Below, piece after piece: positions 57,155-64,000 of a stretch of DNA of 64,000 nt (its first letter is position 1; the number at the start of each line of letters is the position of its first letter). Source of the stretch: the human T2T-CHM13v2.0 reference genome, Homo sapiens. A model generated the notes under the pieces. The model saw only the letters and a program-made list of their open reading frames with translations, was not told where the DNA came from and made no database searches. The position numbers and the translations under genes were made by a program. The stretch is from the NCBI RefSeq assembly GCF_009914755.1, contig NC_060932.1; one strand, given 5' to 3'.

Positions 57155-57191
57155 AAGAACACCTCCAAACCTGCCAGACCAGTGAGGCCAG

Positions 57192-57375
57192 GGGGCCTCA
57201 AATGTCAGTGTGCTTCCAAGTTATGTGAACGGCTTGTTAAAAAGAGATTTCTGAGTCCTGCCTCCAGAGCTTTGGATTCCTGAGGTCTCTGGAAGCCTGA
57301 AAATGTGCATTTCTAACATATTCCCAGAAGATGCTAATACTGCTTGTCTGCAGCCCTCACTTGAGAAGCCCTGCT
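57192..57375. mobile_element. MER5A-like DNA transposon
   Basis: gcctgaaaatgtgcatttctaacatattcccagaagatgctaatactgct...cacttgagaagccctg. Confidence 0.7.
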
Positions 57376-58613
57376 GTCAACAATGCAACTGATCCAGGTG
57401 TGTGGATTCTCTGTGGCTGCCACACTGAGGGAATCTGTTTCAATCAGGGCATGTTCCATTGGAGGCAGGGCAAGAAGAGAAATGCATTCACTCTTATTCA
57501 AAAAAGTTCGGGGGTGGGAGGATGCAGAGAAATCCAGAAAAAAGCAAGATAAACAGCTGTGCCTTGCAGGATAATAAAACAATGGAAGCAATCAATCGTG
57601 CAGCCAGGGGCTGGGATAGAGCTAAGGTGGAATCAGAGTACCAATGACTCGGCATCTCTCACACAACATGATTTCAGTAAGGATCAAAAATCTGAAGACG
57701 CTCCCCACCCTTTAATAGATGAACTGAGTGCTTTTTGCAAGGATTTGCCATTCTGTGAATTACCCAGTTTGTTAGCCTGGTTCCAGTTACAGATTTTTGG
57801 TTTGTTTGTTTGTTTGTTTTACGGAGTCTTGGCTTCTTCAGTACTGTGTTTAAATTGCTTAAATGTCTTTGAAATGTTCTGTGAAAATTCACAAAGTTCC
57901 ATTAGTTTGATGATTCACCCTCCTCCCCTATCTCTCCTACACCCAAAAATGTATGGAACAACTGAATGTTGACAAAGGTCATTCTCTTTTCTAGCAAGAG
58001 TCTCGCCTTTGTGCTCTTCATCAGCCTTCACAACACCTGAGAGGAGAAAACAATGGGGGTAAAAGTGCTAATAGGCGTATTGTGGCCCATCTACCCTCCT
58101 CCTACTGAGGGAGAGGATGAAAAGGGGGAGACGTGACTTCTGTGGCTTTAGCAGCCAAATAACACATCATCTCTCTCCTCCCAGCCCCTGGACAAGACAT
58201 CCTTGACGTCTAATCAGGCAGTTTGCTGAAACTGCTAAGGCAAGCACAGAGCCCAGAACAAAGCTAAGGCCCCCAAGCTCCCCCACATTACCTGAGTCGT
58301 CTTGGATTCCTCACTGTCCCCCACCACCCACCTCCAGTTGAATATCAAATGGTGTCAATTTGACCTCCACACTGTCCTGCAGTCCTTGCTTCTTTTCTAC
58401 TTCCAGAACCACCGTCTAGTTTGGGTCCTGGTAGACACTTGCAGCAGCCTTCTAACAAGTCTCCTTTGCTCCAGTCCACAGCCCCCACACATAGTGACCA
58501 AGTCTCTCCAGGACTCTACTGCCCGTCCCCTCTATCTGCAGAATGCAATCTGCACTCCTCTACATGACATTAAAGTGTTCCACCATCTCTCTTTCCTCAA
58601 GAACACTACTCTC

Positions 58614-59052
58614 GGCCAGGCACCATGGCTCACACTTGTAATCCCAGCACTTTGGGAGGCCGAGGTGGGAGAATCACTTGAGCCCAAGAGTTCAAGACTA
58701 GCCTGAGCAACATAGCGAAAACTTGTTTCTATGAAAAGTTTAAAAATTAGCTGGCCAGGTATGGTGGCTCACACCTGTAATCCCGGCATTGTGGGAGGCC
58801 GAGACAGGTGGATCACCTGAGCTCAGGAGTTCAAGACCAACCTGGCCAACATGGTGAAACCCCAAGTCTATTAGAAAAAAAAATTAGCTGGTCATGATGG
58901 CATGCACCTGTAGTCCCAGCTGCTCAGGAGGCTGAGGCAGGAAGATCGCTTGGGCCCAGGTTGTCGAGGCTGCAGGGAGACATGGTTGTGCCACCGCACT
59001 TCAGCCTGGGCAACACAGAGAGACCCTGTCTCAAAAAAAAAAACAAAAAACA
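58614..59052 (+). mobile_element. Trimeric Alu (left-left-right arms)
   Basis: Left arms start at 58614 and 58753, the right arm at about 58887. A single TSD aacactactctc at 58602-58613 and 59053-59064. Confidence 0.88.
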
Positions 59053-59159
59053 AACACTACTCTCGTTGAACCCCAAACAGTTCACTCTGACGTGCCAATG
59101 ACATGACATTTCAGGCTTCCACACACACCTTGTACTCTGTATGAAATTATCTTCACTAC

Positions 59160-59570
59160 AGTATAACAGAAAAGGCTAAGTCAGGCTGTCATAAAACCCC
59201 CAAATCTCAGTAAATTAAAACTACAAAGGTTTATTTCCGACTCCTGCTACATGTCCAACCTGCTCACTGTGGATTATTCTCTATGTTGTGCCTCACTCTG
59301 GAGCCAAATGAGATGGAGCTGCCTCTATCTGGAATGTTGCTGGTCACTGTGGAAGAGGGAACGTACATGCATGGCAAATCACACACAGGTTCTCTTAAAG
59401 CTTCCACCCAGAAGTAGCACACATCACATCTCATTGGCCAAAGCAAGTGATATGATCCCATTTAACTCTAAATAGGGAGAAAAGTGCAGTCTCATCATAA
59501 GTTCAGGAGGAAAGTCAGAAATATTTATTTGATGAGTCATAACAATGACTGTCACCCCACTGGTCACTAA
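59160..59570. mobile_element. Old MLT1-type LTR fragment
   Basis: cccaaatctcagt...aaaggtttatttc...atggcaaatcacac...cttaaagcttccacccagaagt...cattggccaaagcaagt. Confidence 0.6.
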
Positions 59571-59692
59571 ATATTCAGCTCACTCTCCTTCCTCCATGTA
59601 AAGTACACTCACATTGTCCCCAAGATATAAAACCTCCAAGTATCATTTGATCATGGCATCAAGTTCAATGTCTTGGGTAATATACAGTTCTT

Positions 59693-59753
59693 TCTCTCTC
59701 TCTCTCTCTCTCTCGCTCTCTCTCCCACACACACACACACACACACACACACA
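59693..59753. repeat. Compound (TC)n(CA)n microsatellite
   Basis: Read directly from the sequence. Confidence 0.9.
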
Positions 59754-60308
59754 TTTAGACATGGGTTCTTTCGACCTGAGAAACAAATAAATTAAAAAGA
59801 CAAGTCATCATTCCCTGAATATTCAATATGTAATGGCAAAATGGGACAGGATAATCACAATAAATATGCTCATTCTAAAGGATAAGAATGGGAGCAACAC
59901 CACATTTACTGATCATATAAATTCTGGCATTCCACTGGCCAGACATTGTGAGGCCCTTTACCATTGAGACAGGGCACATTCCTTGACTCTGTCTCCATTA
60001 TGCTCCCAGAGAGGAGCTCCTCAGTCCAATGTTCTTCATGGCTCTTGGCTCTGTTCTCTAAGCAAATCTTCCTATTTCTTTATTCTCCTTGGTCACATTA
60101 CAAGGACATTGAGAAATATGCCTCCTTGGAATCTGAATCTCCTTGGAAGCAGATTTCTTGGTCTGTTTGCTGTCCACCAAACCTGGGGACCCAAGAGTCA
60201 TTAGGTTTTTACTGATCACCATATTGGTTTAGATCCTAGCAGGAAACAGAAGGCACAGTAAAAAGGAGTAAATAATGAGAATTGAATGACAATTATATTA
60301 AAAGGGTG

Positions 60309-60729
60309 TGTTTTAGTACATTTTGTGTTGCTGTAAAGGAATACTTGAGACTGAGTAACTTCTAAAGAAAAGAAGTGCATTTGGCTCACAATTCTCCAGG
60401 CTGTACAAGCATAGTATCAGCATCTGCTCAGTTTCTGATGGGGCCTCAGGAAGCTTTCACTCATGGCAGAAGGCATGAAGGCAAAGGGGGAGCAGGCATG
60501 TTACATGGTGAGAGAAAGAGCAAGAGAGACCCCCCAGGCCCTTTTAAACAACCAGTTCACACATGAACTAATAGAGCAAGGACTCTCTCATTACCATGAA
60601 GAGGGCACCAAGCCATTCATGAGGGATCCACCCTGATGACCCAAACACCTCCTGCCAGGCCCTACCTCGAACACTGGGGATCACATTTTACCATGAGATC
60701 CAGAGGGGACAAACATCCAAACTATATCA
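60309..60729 (-). mobile_element. MST-family MaLR solo LTR with perfect 5-bp TSD
   Basis: Begins TG at 60309, ends ...ccaaactatatCA at 60729, flanked by GGGTG on both sides. Confidence 0.88.
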
Positions 60730-61039
60730 GGGTGTTGGCAGATTAAGAGAAACCAACAAAGGATGATGAAGCACTGCCTGACGAGAAGTTATGACCTTTA
60801 GGAGAGGAACTCAGCCTCCAACAAATGCAGCCTAGCAAGGAAGGATTTGGGAATAAATATCTAAATATCTTTCTTCCCTCACCCTTCAATCTCTAGCCAA
60901 GGTTTCACACTAGCCAAATCCAACCAGAAATTAGAGGGCAAGGGATCCCAGTTGTCCTGTGTGTAGAACTCAGCCTCTGAGGCCAAGCAGGATGAAGAAA
61001 AGCAGAGAGAGAATCCTGAGGGGTAAACAGAGTGTTTCC

Positions 61040-62870
61040 TGTCTCTCCCATGAAGACACTGCCCCATCTGCAGTCTTCTCAAGGAGGTATGCTGAGTATT
61101 GTCCTTGCTCTCATATGTGACTTCTAGATCATTCTTAGTCCTTTCTAAGACACTCACTCTTGAAGCTCATGTCTCCAATCTATTCAACCACTTCACTTCT
61201 TTGTTGGTGTTCACTACTAAGTATCACAATGCTTCCATTATCTCCATTCCATGCATGCCACTTTCTGACCACCATCTACTGTCTTTCCAGCTAAATTTCT
61301 TAAGTAGCTTGACCCCTATCCTTCAACCTCACTGGGATTTCCATCCATTTATAGAAGCTTTCCATGTCCCTTATCATCTTTAGTCTTCCCTCCTTACCCA
61401 GATTAAATTCTAATCATTCCATTATTGTAATCTCTCTCATATAACCCAATAACTCTCTCTCTCTTAATGTATTGTTTTCAGAAGGTCAAACCCACAATGC
61501 TAGCTAAATTAACTCTCCACCTAATCTATGCCTGTACCCATATAGATGAACATAATTGTAGAAATCAAATAGCCATGCTTACTAGTATCTCTTTAAATTC
61601 ATGAACATGAACCTCATGTGAGCCCTTAATTTTTCCTGGCAATCACACTATATGTCTCTAGTCTTATACTCTCTTAAACCTCCTCAAACATCCAACACCT
61701 CCTCTCCTATCCTCAGCTAATGACTTTTCTTCCTACTTCACTGGGAAAATGAAGCAATTAGAAGATAGTTTCCATAGACTCCCTCCAACACATCAACCCA
61801 CCTACCACCCTTATGCTCTGCCTTCCGACTACTACTGCAGATGAGCTATCTAAAGCCAGTGCTTCCTTTTGTACACTAGATCCCATCTCCTCTCACTATC
61901 TCAGATGTATTGCTCTGGAAATTCTCTTCTCTCCCTCCCATTTCATCATTTTTTCTTTCTACAAATTCAGCATAAAACATGCTATTATTTTTTGCATCTT
62001 AAAAAAAATTTTGGATTCCATTTTCCCCAGCAGCTATTGACATACTTCTCTAGTTCACTTTACAGCAAAACTCCAAAAGCATTGTCTCCACTCTCTGTCT
62101 TTCATTTATTGCCTCTCCTTCTCTCATAAACCCTTTCCAATAAGTCTTTTACCTTCATTCCACTGGATCTACACTATTCTTGTCAGGTTACCAATGATCT
62201 CCATGGTGCTAGATCCAATGGTAAGTTCTCAGTCCTCATCTTACTCTACCTATTATTTGACATAACTGATGAGTCTCCTCTTTGATATCTTTCTTCACTT
62301 GGCTTTTCCTACCCCACACTTTCCTTGCTTTCCTGTCATCTCAGTATTGCTGCTTCTCTATCTCCTTTGCTGCCTCTTCTTCTACCCAAACTCTAAATGT
62401 TGGCATGCCCCAGGGATCAGTCTTTGGTCTCCTTCTTTTCTGTATCCACACTTACTCTTACTTCATTGGGTGATCTACACCCATCTTGCAGTTCAGACAT
62501 CATATATATGCTGCTAGTTCCCAAACTCATTTTTCCAGATTTGTCCCCTGAACTAGTCTCATGTGACGAACTGACTACCTAAACATCTTCGTTTGTATAC
62601 ATAAGTGGCATCTCCAAACACATCCAAAACAATACTCCCAACATTCCCTCCCCATCTCTTGCATTTTCATTCTTCTAATTGCTCAGCCAAAATTCTTGTA
62701 CTATCTTTGATTCCCCTTATTCTCTACATGCCCCACATACAAACATAAGAAAATTCTGTTGCCTCTATTCTCAAAATCTGCCTATCTAGATGGAGATATA
62801 GATATAGACGCTATCACCTCTGTCTAATCTACCATTATCTCTTGTTTGGATTATTGAAATAGCTTCCTAG
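61040..62870 (+). mobile_element. Long L2 fragment with decayed reverse-transcriptase sequence
   Basis: Pyrimidine-rich L2-like sequence. ORF 62282-62473 contains GMPQGSVFGLLLF, resembling the non-LTR RT motif GVPQGSVLGPLLF. Confidence 0.75.
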
Positions 62871-62879
62871 CTATTTGGA

Positions 62880-63110
62880 AACAGCATGATGTGCTAGACA
62901 ATACTTTGGACTTTTGAACAAAATGCTGGATTCAAAGCCCACCTTTGTTACTTAGCAGTCATGTGACAATAAACAAATAGATTAAACCCTTTGGCCTCTG
63001 TTTCCTCAGATGTAAATTGGAGGACGATAATAGTACCAACCTCATAAAGTTTAGTGAGAATTCAATGTATTAGCAACTTAAAGCTCTGAAAGCAATGTCT
63101 GACCCCTAGT
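62880..63110 (+). mobile_element. MIR SINE
   Basis: gcctctgtttcctcagatgtaaattggagg...ataatagtaccaacctcata. Confidence 0.75.
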
Positions 63111-63199
63111 GAATCATACATACTATTATACTCACAAAGTATAAAGTATTCATTCTTTTTGTTATTTTTATCTAAAAGGAACTGAGAGATTCAAGCTCT

Positions 63200-63700
63200 T
63201 TAAATATAATTTCAACTTTATTTCAGATCCAGGGGTACATGTGCAGGTTTGTTACATGGGTATACCACGTGATGCTGAGGTTTGAGGTACAAATGATCTC
63301 GTCACACAAGTCCTAAGCATACTACCCAATATTTAGTTTTTCAGCCCTTCCCCCTGCCTCCCACTCATGTCTAACTAGTCCCTGGTGTACACTGCTGCCA
63401 TCTTTATGTCCATGGCCACCCAAGGTTTAGCTCCCACTTATAAGAAAGAACATGTGGCATTTGGTTTTCTGTTTCTGCGTTAATTTGCTTAGGATTATGG
63501 CCTCCAGCTACATTCATGTTGCTGCAGAATACATGATTTAATTATTTTTTATGATTGCATAGTATTCCATGTTGTATGAGTACCACATTTTCTTTATCCA
63601 GTCCACCACTGACTGGCACCTAGGTTGACTTCATGTTTTTTGCTATTGTGAATAGTACTGTGATGAACATGTGAGTGCATGTGTCTTTTTGGGTTTTGGG
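63200..63700 (-). mobile_element. Old L1PA-type 3' end
   Basis: ggggtacatgtgcaggtttgttacatgggtata...tttagctcccacttataag...gtattccatg. Confidence 0.88.
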
Positions 63701-63704
63701 AAGG

Positions 63705-64000
63705 CAATATGGTTTGGCTGTATCTCCACCCAAATCTCACCTTGCATTGTAATAATCCCCACATGTCAAGGGTGGGGCCAGGTGGAGATAACTGAACCAT
63801 GGGGGCAGTTTCCCCCATGATTCTCATGGTAGTGAATAAGTCTCACAAGATCTGATGGTTTTATAAATGGGAGTTGCCCTGCACAAGCTCTCTTGCCTGA
63901 CACCATGTAAGATGTGACTTTGCTCCTCCTTTGTCTTCTGCCATGATTGTGAGGCCTCCCCAGCCATGCGGAACTGTGAGTCCACTAAACGTCTTTTTAT
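63705..64000 (+). mobile_element. THE1 LTR (cut by the window edge)
   Basis: atatggtttggctgt...cacccaaatctcaccttg...ccatgattgtgaggcctccccagccatg. Confidence 0.9.

Overview
This is primate, almost certainly human, genomic DNA (Alu, L1, L2, MIR, MER, MaLR/THE1 content). It holds the complete + strand neuronal gene STMN2 (stathmin-2/SCG10). Five coding exons (541-559, 26145-26240, 30722-30894, 44226-44417, 54170-54229) join through GT-AG introns into a 540-nt CDS encoding 179 aa. An extra 82-nt cassette exon (52935-53016) gives a 187-aa isoform whose stop codon is created across the splice junction. Intron 1 has a CpG island and the known TDP-43-repressed cryptic exon 2a (6165-6391) with its UG-rich motif, premature stop and ATTAAA poly(A) signal, which is central to ALS/FTD. 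Intron 3 carries a (CA)24 repeat. The rest is intronic or downstream repeat-rich DNA. I found no convincing new gene or system. The locus is well studied, and the most original items are untested hypotheses: a stop-free exon-4 circle between inverted Alus, in-frame splice variants that would remove the membrane anchor or the Ser97 phosphosite, an alternative first exon, recursive-splice-like sites, a trimeric Alu and a possible short L1 3' transduction. Repeat boundaries and subfamilies were read by eye and are approximate.
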